Assembly: GCA_024626585.2 (NCBI GenBank)
Contig: JANKJI020000002.1
Span: forward strand, 177,552,328 to 177,574,215
DNA length: 21,888 nt
DNA from: Ginkgo biloba
Taxonomy: Eukaryota > Plantae > Ginkgophyta
Direction of reading: 5' to 3'
This document shows positions 12,001 through 21,882 of the stretch, one piece after another. How positions within the stretch are numbered: the stretch's first letter is position 1; every line of letters starts with the position of its first letter. The notes beneath the pieces are model-generated. The model saw only the letters and a list, made by a program, of their open reading frames with translations, was not told the origin of the DNA and did not search any database. Both the position numbers and the translations under genes were made by a program.

Positions 12001-12770
12001 NNNNNNNNNNNNNNNNNNNNNNNNNNNNNNNNNNNNNNNNNNNNNNNNNNNNNNNNNNNNNNNNNNNNNNNNNNNNNNNNNNNNNNNNNNNNNNNNNNNN
12101 NNNNNNNNNNNNNNNNNNNNNNNNNNNNNNNNNNNNNNNNNNNNNNNNNNNNNNNNNNNNNNNNNNNNNNNNNNNNNNNNNNNNNNNNNATAAATGATGT
12201 TGAAGGAGACTCTCCTTCAATAATTATAGGTCCAAATTTCTTATCCACTATATATGAATTAGCCTCAATTATGTTCAATCAACCTTCTCCTTTACCTCCC
12301 ATGTCTCCTTCTTTACTACACTACATTGTGTTCCTTCTTTTCACTCTACTTCTAGTTCACTTTAAATCACCTCCTCTACTCCAACATTCTATTATTTCAT
12401 CTATATTTTCAAATTACCCTATTCTACTAATGCCAAAAATATTTTGATGAACTCATATGATTGTGCCTCCTCCCCCATTTAATCCCATCATATTTATTTG
12501 ACACAACTCGCTTGCATATTGATTTAGGAAAGTAATAAAAATGATGACTACAAAGTGAGAAAAATATAGCATAAAATAATCTTTCCATAATGGTAGAAAT
12601 ACATGTGAGATATTTTCTACTAATTTTTCTAGTCATATAGGAAGACATGGAAAGAAACAAGGTACCTATCATATTTGTAGGAAACCACTTTTTATATGGT
12701 TACACCCAAATGATATTTTATGACTACCATTAGTGGGTCCTATAGCTTTAAGTAATATAGTAACTTGAAA
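9097..12770 (-). pseudogene. Copy C: long decayed minus-strand ORF (globular-looking N-terminal block, K/E/S/P-rich linker, coiled-coil-like stretch, conserved C-terminal block); product unknown
   Basis: Read on minus: WFPTNMIGTLFLSMSSY...HHFYYFPKSICKRVV...KWG/EEAQSYEFIKIFLALVE (12770-12420); NDEYQYFYVNKAQSLQLMKSLKEDDMRIRKLITQHDKIKK...LLKEQVKMWESRDPQWF (10435-10160); DRNLLAEMYVAGSLLPEDDDFHPGVLMGDAHLRWIMSILRIEEWR (9860-9725). Spans a gap of about 614 N. Confidence 0.65.
10836..10998. repeat. 69-bp (23-codon) tandem repeat, about 2.3 copies, each with an internal inverted repeat
   Basis: Unit starts at 10836, 10905 and 10974: cacttgcactaaaggtgtaggtgagaaacc / cacttacactaaaggtgtaagtgagaaacc / catttacattgaagatgcagatga. 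Confidence 0.8.
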
Positions 12771-12829
12771 AATAAATTAATTTGAGGATTATGTCATCAT
12801 ATCTCACTTAAAGTGACATATGAAAGAAA

Positions 12830-13529
12830 CATATGTAAATGAAGTGGAATATACAAATATGGGTGAGGTGGAATATACAAATATAAGTGATATTATCTGT
12901 ATGGATGTAGATGAAATAGGTGTAGGTGAGATAAACTATACAAATGAGATGAATTGTATAAATATATGTGAAATTGTACTCTATGGATGTAAGTGAAATA
13001 GGTGTAGGTGAGATGAACTATATGAATATAGGTGAAAGTGTAATATACATATGTAGGTGAAATAGGTATAGGTGAGATGAGATATATAGATGTAGGTAAA
13101 ATTGTAATTTATGGATTTAGGTGAAATTGTACCATATGGATATAGGTGGAATAGGTGTAGGTGAGATGAAATGTATAGGTGTATATGAAATGGGTATAGG
13201 TAATATGAAATTTATGAATGTAGGTGAAACTATACTATATGGATAACCTTTCACTTACAAATAGATTTCACTTACATCTATATCCATTAGTCACATTTCA
13301 CCTATATCTACTCAATAAATCTTCACTTGCAATAATACATCATTAAATTTCAAGTGGAACTACAAGCCTAGTCACCTATAATTATTGAACACTTGCATTT
13401 ACATTTATTAAGTGAACTCACCTATAATTGTCCCTTATAACGTATTAATTCATCTTCATTTATAACCTATAATTGAATTCACAATCCTTTAATACATTCA
13501 CCTACAATCATATCACAACATCCATCCAA
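12830..13529. repeat. Degenerate array built on a (G/A)TAGGTGA(A/G)AT motif; the motif orientation flips near 13247
   Basis: gaaataggtgtaggtgagat-like blocks near 12913, 12995, 13058 and 13148. To the right of about 13247 the reverse complement dominates (ttcacttaca, ttcacctata, tcacctaca). Confidence 0.75.
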
Positions 13530-13629
13530 NNNNNNNNNNNNNNNNNNNNNNNNNNNNNNNNNNNNNNNNNNNNNNNNNNNNNNNNNNNNNNNNNNNNNNN
13601 NNNNNNNNNNNNNNNNNNNNNNNNNNNNN

Positions 13630-14263
13630 TCTACCTCATCTTCCCTATTAATCCATAAATTTTTTAACATTTTCTCCTCAACGATTATGGCTTGGCAATC
13701 TTTGCTACAACTTTGCGAGGTGTTCTTCCTTCATGACTTTACATGGATATGGTGTGTCCTTCCTCTGTCATGATGTCCACTTTCTTTATCATAGACTAGA
13801 CTTAAATGATGCTCCTCTTGTTTATTTTTCCCCTTATGGTTCCTTCAACGGGATTTCTTCCACGGATCTCCTTGCGCCTGTGTTTTCTCTCCTCAAATTT
13901 TCTCGCAGTTGTTACTCACAAGAACTGGCATGAATCTTTCCTCCTCTGAAAATTATGACTCTAAATGCGATGAATCCTATGGCTCCAACAACATGTAGTG
14001 GAACCTTCTGAGAACTCTATAAACCTATTGCAATATTCAATGGATACACTCCACTCATGCTATGATTTTGCAAATTGAATTTTTTTCTTGTGCTAGAGTT
14101 TGATGTCGCCCATGTTCTCACACAGATTTTTTTCCTCTATAAATTTTCCTTAGGGTTTGAACCCTTGATTTTAAATTATTTAAACATATGTACTATAATT
14201 AGGGTTTTAAAACCCTTTCGATTCTTCACCACTTGAATCCTTCATACTGCTCCTAAGTAATGA
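13630..14263 (-). mobile_element. Ty1/copia 5' leader/internal region following the PBS (copy 1)
   Basis: Directly follows the PBS on the minus strand. 14042-14263 is colinear with 18445-18666. Confidence 0.7.
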
Positions 14264-14275
14264 GATTTGATACCA
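14264..14275 (-). promoter_or_regulatory. Primer-binding site, tRNA-iMet type (degenerate)
   Basis: Minus strand reads TGGTATCAAATC (10/12 to TGGTATCAGAGC), 2 nt after the LTR end ...CACA. Confidence 0.85.
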
Positions 14276-14277
14276 AA

Positions 14278-14585
14278 TGTGAACTTAAGATCATAGTGGT
14301 AATAAANNNNNNNNNNNNNNNNNNNNNNNNNNNNNNNNTTTTCGGGTAGAATTGGTCTACCATAGATTTTTTTTTACTGTAGTACTTAATGTCTAAATCT
14401 ATGAATCTATGATATACAATGGGTACGGGGTCTATTAAATAGATGCCCAAATAATAACCATATCATAACTTCTTTCAAAAGTTTTGAATAGGGATAATTA
14501 ATTACATCATTAATATATAATGTATAATTATATTAATAACAATGACTAAATATAAAAGGGTGACTAAAAATTAATTATTCCAACA
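14278..14585 (-). mobile_element. Ty1/copia LTR, about 310 bp (copy 1)
   Basis: Minus-strand termini TGTTGG...TTCACA; TATA-like CTATTTAATAG near 14432-14442; PPT on one side and PBS on the other; homologous to 18681-18990; contains a 32-N gap. Confidence 0.85.
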
Positions 14586-14696
14586 CTCCCCCTTAGTTTT
14601 TACGTCATTACTCTTCACCCTAATTCTGATCCTAAAGTACTCAAACTTGTCATGTGTAAGTGATTTGGTGAATATGTTTGTTAGCTACTCATGTAT
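14586..14696 (-). pseudogene. Ty1/copia RNase H C-terminus ending in the polypurine tract
   Basis: Minus translation HE*LTNIFTKSLTHDKFEYFRIRIRVKSNDVKTKGEC matches the copia Q.ADIFTK.L....F..FR..LGV motif. PPT TAAGGGGGAG (14595-14586) directly abuts the LTR start TGTTG. Confidence 0.9.
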
Positions 14697-15731
14697 NNNN
14701 NNNNNNNNNNNNNNNNNNNNNNNNNNNNNNNNNNNNNNNNNNNNNNNNNNNNNNNNNNNNNNNNNNNNNNNNNNNNNNNNNNNNNNNNNNNNNNNNGATT
14801 CCCCTTTCTACAAGCAGTTCTCGTATTGTATCATCAATCTCATATGATCTCTACATACTGATCAAATGACTCTCTCTTTAGACAACCCTTCTTTCTTTAC
14901 AAAGGACATTATCAACATTACAACTCTATCCACTATATACTCTTGCAATACTCTCGCCTTTCTGGATCCATTCATCACACTATCCATGTTATTGATAATT
15001 AGAATCACATTCCCATAGACGCTTTGACGTGAAAGATTTGGTAGCAGAGGCTCTGTGTATTCTCATTCTTAGATGATGAGGTTGAGTGAGGGAGGGCATG
15101 AGCATCCCATTTGCTAGCCACCCTGGCCAGCATGGGCAATAGTTAATTCCACAGGGTGGTATTAAACCTGCCTAGGCAGGGGAGGGCCAGGTAGGAGGAG
15201 TGGGCGAGGGGCATGGGATGATGCACCCACCAATTCACATTTAATTACGAGTTGAAGGGTGCATAGTAATTGATTAACATTCATTCGTATAGTAATTGTC
15301 ACCATATTTATAAAAAATTATTATACTATGGAATTGTTCAAATGTAATTATCAAATGTGAGAGGCCTGTAAAAAATTATATATTTTCTTAAACTATCTTA
15401 TTATTCCCCTTAATCACTATTATGGGTGAAACTCTAATACGCATACTATGTGATGTAGCCATCATCTTATTAGGAAATGGTTATTTCCCTCTCACATTTC
15501 TCCTAGTGTTAAACATACATTGTTAAAAATTATAACTTACATTTATTAAATCTAAAAGAATTAAAATTATACTAATTAAAGTAAGAAAATGAACCTTAAT
15601 AAGTAGTTCAATAGTATCATTTAATGTTCTATGCTTGTGTATATAGTTGGTGATTTTTTTATTTTAGTTTTCTTATGTTATGTTTTGAATTGAAATGTTT
15701 TGATATAAAGAAAGAATATTCTTTTATAAGG

Positions 15732-16447
15732 AATATTCTATTTAAAAAATGATAGGCATTTATGCTTGTAAATACATTGTATTTATGTTAATTCATTATA
15801 ATGGATGAGAGTAAATGAATGAATGATTCCTTTCCCCTTGGTCTCTACATTGTGTTGTGAATGATACAATGTGCTTATTTAAAGTAGATGAAACTACATA
15901 GTGTAGAATTTATGAAATGAATGCTATGAATCGTAGTTGTTAAGAACTTAGAATAGGAAAAATAATGTTGCATAGTTTTAGAACTAAACAATGACCATCC
16001 CCATCATGCTACAACTTCATATATTGAGATCAAATCCTATCAAATCTAGCCAAAAATAACTTTTTTATATTTCACTAATTTTAAAAGTTTTCTCTGTTAG
16101 AATTTAAGGTGCACACATACTGTCAGAGTTTTGGCATAAGCCTCCACTTTGATATAGAAATCACAACATGAGAAGAGATTTAACACAATTGATATTCAAA
16201 TCACTCTNNNNNNNNNNNNNNNNNNNNNNNNNNNNNNNNNNNNNNNNNNNNNNNNNNNNNNNNNNNNNNNNNNNNNNNNNNNNNNNNNNNNNNNNNNNNN
16301 NNNNNNNAATATTCTATTAAGAAATGGAGAGAATATATTCCTATAAATACATTATACTATCTTAATTCACCATAATGGGTGAGAGTAAATGAATGAGTGA
16401 TTGATTTATCCTTGGTATCCATGTTTGTTATGAATGTTACAATGTGA
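15732..16447. repeat. Diverged direct repeat of about 140 bp (15732-15875 vs 16308-16447)
   Basis: aatattctatttaaaaaatg...ttaattcattataatggatgagagtaaatgaatgaatgatt vs aatattctattaagaaatgg...ttaattcaccataatgggtgagagtaaatgaatgagtgatt. The second copy starts right after a 100-N gap. Confidence 0.6.
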
Positions 16448-16753
16448 TGTTTTATGCTTGATTTAAGAAAATAAAGTTAAGAATTATGATTGTAGGAATT
16501 GTGATCATGAAAAGTAAGATTTATTAGTTTAGAAGTAAACATTAATATATAATTAGAGGTAAACATTGGCTATGTTACGAAATAGATAAAAATAGTTGGT
16601 CATATAATGTAAAATCGATAAAAATTCCTATTTTAGAGAATATGAACACACATTGAGTTTATTCAATATTATGTCGAGCTTTATGAGAATCTTTTCCTTA
16701 TGAAAGAGAAGAAGAATGAAAAGAAGCTCAAGGTCACTAGAAGTTCTAGTCAA

Positions 16754-17174
16754 AGCATCTAGTTCTACATCACCCCAACCATAGTAATAGTAAAATAATT
16801 AAATTTTATAATACTAGGATTGGATTAAATTTAATATATTATGCAATGGAATATAAAAGATTTAAATGGGAAATTAGAATAGAGAAGTAACATAACATCT
16901 AATTCTACATATCACCCCAACCATAACAATAGTAAAATAATTGAATTTTATTATACTATGGTTGAATTAAATGTAATATATTATGCAATGTCATATAAAA
17001 CATTTAAATGGGAAATTAGACTAGAGAAGTAAATAGCATATAGTTCTACATCACCCTAACCATAGAAATAATAAAATAATTGAATTTTATATTACTAGGG
17101 TTGGATTAAATGTAATATGTTATGTAATAGAATATAAAAGATTTAAATGGAAAATTAGAATAGAGAAGTAACAT
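16754..17174. repeat. About 140-bp AT-rich tandem repeat, 3 copies
   Basis: Units start at 16754, 16894 and 17035: (a)gcatctagttctacatcaccccaaccata...tttaaatgggaaattagaatagagaagtaa. Confidence 0.9.
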
Positions 17175-17177
17175 TTC

Positions 17178-17380
17178 TTCTTTATTATAAACTAGGGGAA
17201 TCGATAGGTGAAGCCAATTTATTGTCATAGACAATGGTTTGAGTTGGGCCTACCCCTATAAACCCTGGCCACGAACAAGCAGTCCCTCACTATATGCGAA
17301 TGATAAATAGAGGAAAATATAACCTCTGTCCAGTGGGTATCAACCCAAAGACGTAGTTGTTGCACCAAATCCTTGAGGAC
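17178..17380 (-). mobile_element. Putative tRNA-derived SINE (about 200 bp) with target-site duplication
   Basis: Flanking direct repeats atagagaagtaacatttc (17160-17177) and ataaagaagtaacatttc (17381-17398), 17/18 identical. Minus strand starts GTCCTCAAGGATTTGGTGCAAC with box A-like TGGTGCAACAA (17367-17357), box B-like GGTTATATTTTCC (17324-17312) 32 nt downstream, and an A-rich tail TTATAATAAAGAA. Confidence 0.75.
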
Positions 17381-17530
17381 ATAAAGAAGTAACATTTCAA
17401 AAGAGTGAATTGATTAGAATATTTTCAACTCTAGGCAAGACTTACGATATAATTTTCTTCTAAATATGCATGCGCTATTTAAAAGAATCATGGGTGAGAG
17501 TCTTATAATTTTTTTATGTTATAAAACTAA

Positions 17531-18042
17531 TTAGTGTTATTAGCCACAAATCAAAGATTTAATATCTATATATATGCATACATATATATTCTCGACACAA
17601 CGAATAGCTATAAGCATAATCAAAACAAGAGAGCAACATGATCAGATTGTCATACTCTAATTCCACTGATAACATGATATCCACTATTCCTATAATATGT
17701 TGATTAATGATAAGCAATTTATGTTATACAACTTAGTGTTATTACCCACAAATCAAAGATTCAATATCCACACACACACACACACAAGTACATATATATT
17801 CTCCAAACAACGAATAGGTATAGGCATAATCAAAATAAGCGAGTAACATGATCAGATTGTCATACTCTAATTCAAGTCATAACATGATATCCACTAGTCT
17901 TGCAATATGTTCATTAATGGCAAGCAATTTATGTATAGTGTTATTACCCACAAATAAAAGATTCAATATCCACACATATATACATATATATATATATATT
18001 CTCCATTATTACCCACAAATCAAAGATTCAATATCCAAACAT
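17531..18042. repeat. About 202-bp tandem repeat (2 full + 2 partial copies) with an embedded TA/CA microsatellite
   Basis: Units start at about 17531, 17733, 17936 and 18006 with (ttagtg)ttatta(c/g)ccacaaatcaaagatt(c/t)aatatc. The two full units share aacatgatcagattgtcatactctaattc. Confidence 0.9.
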
Positions 18043-18444
18043 CTTTACTACTAAAATATTTGTGCCATCAACACAAAATAATATTAAAATAATACCCTGC
18101 TTCCCCTCNNNNNNNNNNNNNNNAATAAAAATTAAATGTGTCGACATGGAAGCCGAAAGAACCTAATCACCTCCATTATAGTGAACGTCTATTGACTTGC
18201 ATTCAATTCTAATGGATAGTAATAACTTGATTCTAGAGAATGGATATCGATAATGTTATTTTTCAGAATAGCATTCTTCCAAACTCACTAGAGACTAATG
18301 AACTCATTTGAGGCGAATGCTCCTGAGAAGATTTCTAGCTCAAGNNNNNNNNNNNNNNNNNNNNNNNNNNNNNNNNNNNNNNNNNNNNNNNNNNNNNNNN
18401 NNNNNNNNNNNNNNNNNNNNNNNNNNNNNNNNNNNNNNNNNNNN

Positions 18445-18990
18445 GGATGCACTCCACTCGGGTTGTTATTTTACAAATTAAATTTCTTTCTTATGCTAGG
18501 GTTTGATGTCTCCCACATTCTCATATAAATTTTTTTCCTCTATAAATTCTCCTTAGGGTTTAAACCCTTGATTTTAAATTCTTTGAACACACATATTATA
18601 ATTCGGGTTTTAAAACCCTTTCAATTCTTTACCACTCAAATTCTTCATACCACTCCCAAATCATGAGCTCTGATACCAAATGTGAACTTAAGATCATGTT
18701 GGTAATCAAGGAAAATCAAGAAACAAGAAGAATCAACCACAAGACACCAGTTTTTTGGGTAGAATTAGTCTACCATAGATTTTCTTTTATTACAGTACTC
18801 AATGGTTGAATCTATGATATACAATGGGTATGGGGTCTATTAAANNNNNNNNNNNNNNNNNNNNNNNNNNNNNNNNNNNNNNNNNNNNNNNNNNNNNNNN
18901 NNNNNNNNNNNNNNNNNNNNNNNNNNNNNNNNNNNNNNNNNNNNNNNNNNNNNNNNNNNNNNNNNTCACTAAACATTAATTATTAAATGA
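18445..18990 (-). mobile_element. Ty1/copia 5' end, copy 2: LTR (about 18681-18990), PBS and leader
   Basis: Colinear with 14042-14585. The LTR contains a gap. The outer terminus is eroded (attaattatt then aaatga instead of ccaaca) and has no adjacent PPT. Confidence 0.85.
18667..18678 (-). promoter_or_regulatory. Primer-binding site, perfect tRNA-iMet complement
   Basis: + strand gctctgatacca = minus TGGTATCAGAGC, 2 nt from the LTR end. Confidence 0.92.
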
Positions 18991-20662
18991 AAATAAGCCA
19001 AGGTTGAATAATATAGAAAAATAAATATACATGAGAGAGTGGATTATTTATAAAATGGGCAATTAAAATTAAGTTAATTGGCTTAACAAATAGATTACCT
19101 AAACCTAATGTATTTTTAATATTGAATTTAAGGGATACAAAGAGAAGTTTATTATATAGTTGCACTGCCTAACCTAAATTATAATATCCCTTTTATATAT
19201 AATATTATTCTTCTAAGTTACTTTCCCCTATTATAATTTATCATGTGAATTTTTCATAAAAGGCCTTAAGCTTAATGTATTTTATTATGTTTCATTATTG
19301 CCTAAAAAATTGCCCTTAGATTTTGAATTGATTAATAACTTCATTGGTTATTTAGTGATCTAGAGCTATATAATATAAAAAAGATTAGACTTATGGAATA
19401 TTCTTAAATATTTATAATTTAATCAAAGTCTTATACGTAATAGATCTAATAGGTTATTAATAATAAAGATAACCACCATTTTATATTAGCACAAAAAAAA
19501 TCATTTATTAGTAAATTAATATTTCTAGTATTAGAATAAATATTTTTTCTATATATATACCTAAAATGGAAATCATAATTAACCTAAATTATAAACCTAA
19601 TCACATCCCAACTAATAATATTGTGACATAAGTTAGGGCATTTAATGTAATGGTGTAAAGAACTTGAACATTAAAAATAGGATTCCTCAAATGGTTAAAA
19701 AATATTCGAGAGATGCCACTTAGTTGTAATTATTTTGGTCTTTAAGATGAAAAGAATAAAGGATATTAAAGACATTATTCTAGTTGCTATTGCAAAGGCA
19801 TCTACAACTTTTTAATTACTATTAAAAATACTATTGAGGTTGTTATTCATGCCATTATTACACTTTTACGTGTACCACCTTTACTTTAGAGGGTTTTTCC
19901 CTAGGATTATTTTAGATTACTTATATGATTATTTTACTAATATGCACTATTATCCCCATTAACAACTCTTATAAGAATTCTTTTTTAGGAAGAAAACAAA
20001 TTCAAAGAAAGAAAAAGGTTGTAATCTAAGTTAGTAATCCTCTTTTTAAATATAGTATGAAAATATGATTATTATGACTCACAAAACCATTTATGTATCT
20101 TATTACATAGTCAAATTATATTTGTGTGTATTATGAATTAATTTAACAAAGAAAGAGTTTTATATTTGTCTCTTTCGTTAAAAAACTAAGTTACTTTCCT
20201 CAAAAGAATCATTTTCACTTATTAAGAAAATATCAATTATCTCCACTAAACTTCTTAATCTAATAGATTCTCTTATTGATGACTTTCAAGTTATTAAAAG
20301 GGAAACAAAAAAGAAGAAAAAAGAAAGGTCCTTCTCATGTTTAATTTAACCAATTTGTTTCGCATGGCCAAAAAATGATTATTGATTTCTTAAAGTAATT
20401 TTAAAAATAATAAAAGTTGTAATCATATAAATAAATACATTAGCTTGTCAGGAAAAATTATAATTTATGCTTATAACTAAATTAATGAAATTAACAATTC
20501 AATCAAGGTTGGTAAAATATTATAATTATTTTTCTTTGGATTAATCTTCCAAAAATGGAAAGAAACTAATTTGGATACTGTTGATAAATAAATACATAAT
20601 ACATAAGAAAGTAGATTATGCTTAGTGAATAATAAGATAAATGATTAAGGTAAATGAATAAT

Positions 20663-20845
20663 TAAACCAAAAGTTGTAATGAAATAGATATGAAGTAAAG
20701 TAANNNNNNNNNNNNNNNNNNNNNNNNNNNNNNNNNNNNNNNNNNNNNNNNNNNNNNNNNNNNNNNNNNNNNNNNNNNNNNNNNNNNNNNNNNNNNNNNN
20801 NNNTTAAACCAAAGGTTGTAATAAAATAGATATGAAGTAAACTAA
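20663..20845. repeat. About 42-bp near-duplicate on both sides of a 100-N gap
   Basis: ttaaaccaaaagttgtaatgaaatagatatgaagtaaagtaa before the gap vs ttaaaccaaaggttgtaataaaatagatatgaagtaaactaa after it. Tandem repeat or unmerged allelic overlap. Confidence 0.7.
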
Positions 20846-21830
20846 AATCAATGACTTAATAAGTAAAAATAATAATAAAAATCCACATTCTTAGCTATAC
20901 AAATATATATTTTAATCACATGTTATCTTTTTGCAAGATTTTTTAGTGCAAGCCTTTAAATGTTATGGTTGAACTATGTACTGAGTTTCTATTTTATTAA
21001 AACGATCACTTTTTTTCTATTTTTTTAATTCAAAGTGTTTGAGTTATTTTTTTTAGAAAAGTATGTTTAGGAATAGGAGAAATATAGGAACACAACATGT
21101 AATGCCCAATAAGATGATGAGTTCATATCTCTATTTGAATAATGAGGTGCCTCTAATAATGGATTATAGAGGAGAAAGAGGCTAGCCCTAAAAAAGGCAT
21201 CTTTTCAGTGTCTTATTTGCATCTAAAGGCCATATCTAAACCATCTGGTGGGACTATTGGACATCGTTTGGGAATATATAATGGTGGTGGATAGTGATTT
21301 GAATAAGTCCTATAGTTTCTTTTTTAGACTAGAGTGGGGTAATAGTACTTAGAGCTCTTGGTCCCATATTTTTATTTTCAATATTAAATATATGGTATAA
21401 TTATAGATTGAGGCCTAAGCTGGCTACAATGTTTTAAGTCGTATCTTCTTTTAGAGCCCACCATGATATTTACATATTTGTATTTGTATTATAGTCAAGT
21501 ACTCTCATTTTAACAATGACAAAAATATGGATGTATGTTTAAGATAATATATATATGAAGCATGATCATCTCACATAAATATTTATCCATTAGATCATTC
21601 TAAGATGACCATGAGGGAGTACAAGCATAGGCCAAGTAGGTTTGATAAATCACTTGTGTTAGTCGAACGATACTAAGACTTGATTTATTTTTTATTCTTT
21701 GGGTCTCCTTATAGCTCTAGGATGGATTCCCTAGTGGGGTATGAGGTTGACCCAAATGAGACATTGGCCTACATAAATGATACAATCTCTTTTTGATTCA
21801 AAAGATGAGTGTCATCCAGAGAAAACTTTA

Positions 21831-21882
21831 TGGGCTATTTATAGCCCAATGTCTATATTTTGAAAAAAAAAAAAAAAAAAAA
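21831..21882 (+). other. Short inverted repeat followed by an A20 tract; possible 3' end of a non-LTR retroposon
   Basis: tgggctat-tt-atagccca (21831-21848), then a pure A-run at 21863-21882. A TSD cannot be evaluated at the window edge. Confidence 0.35.

Noticed and set aside
12830-13245. Repeat array as a CRISPR-like locus
   Set aside because: Units are degenerate and irregular with no unique spacers or cas genes, and the context is eukaryotic.
14797-15000. Possible host exon on the minus strand (MDPERREYCK.../YEIDDTIRELLVERG)
   Set aside because: Frames are interrupted by stops and I recognise no homology.
15185-15215. Resemblance to an NBS-LRR P-loop (GGVG) or miR482-like sequence
   Set aside because: No GK[T/S], no surrounding NBS ORF, many mismatches to miR482 as I recall it, and no clean precursor hairpin.
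17310-17380. tRNA gene
   Set aside because: The boxes are degenerate and no cloverleaf is evident; the TSD and tail favour a SINE.
18124-18344. Possible exon after the splice-acceptor-like tttttcag
   Set aside because: All frames close quickly and the segment is bounded by gaps, so it is unsupported.
949-18528. ORF-track entries spanning N runs (e.g. 11460-12278, 11558-12220, 2146-2448, 14647-14847, 18298-18528)
   Set aside because: Their length comes from N gaps, so they are not evidence of coding genes.
18991-21090. Very AT-rich stretch including ORF 18983-19165
   Set aside because: Low-complexity intergenic sequence; the ORF composition merely reflects AT bias.
21098-21430. TGTAATGCCC as the start of a gypsy solo LTR
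   Set aside because: I found no matching ...TACA end with a 5-bp TSD (caaca) and no PBS.
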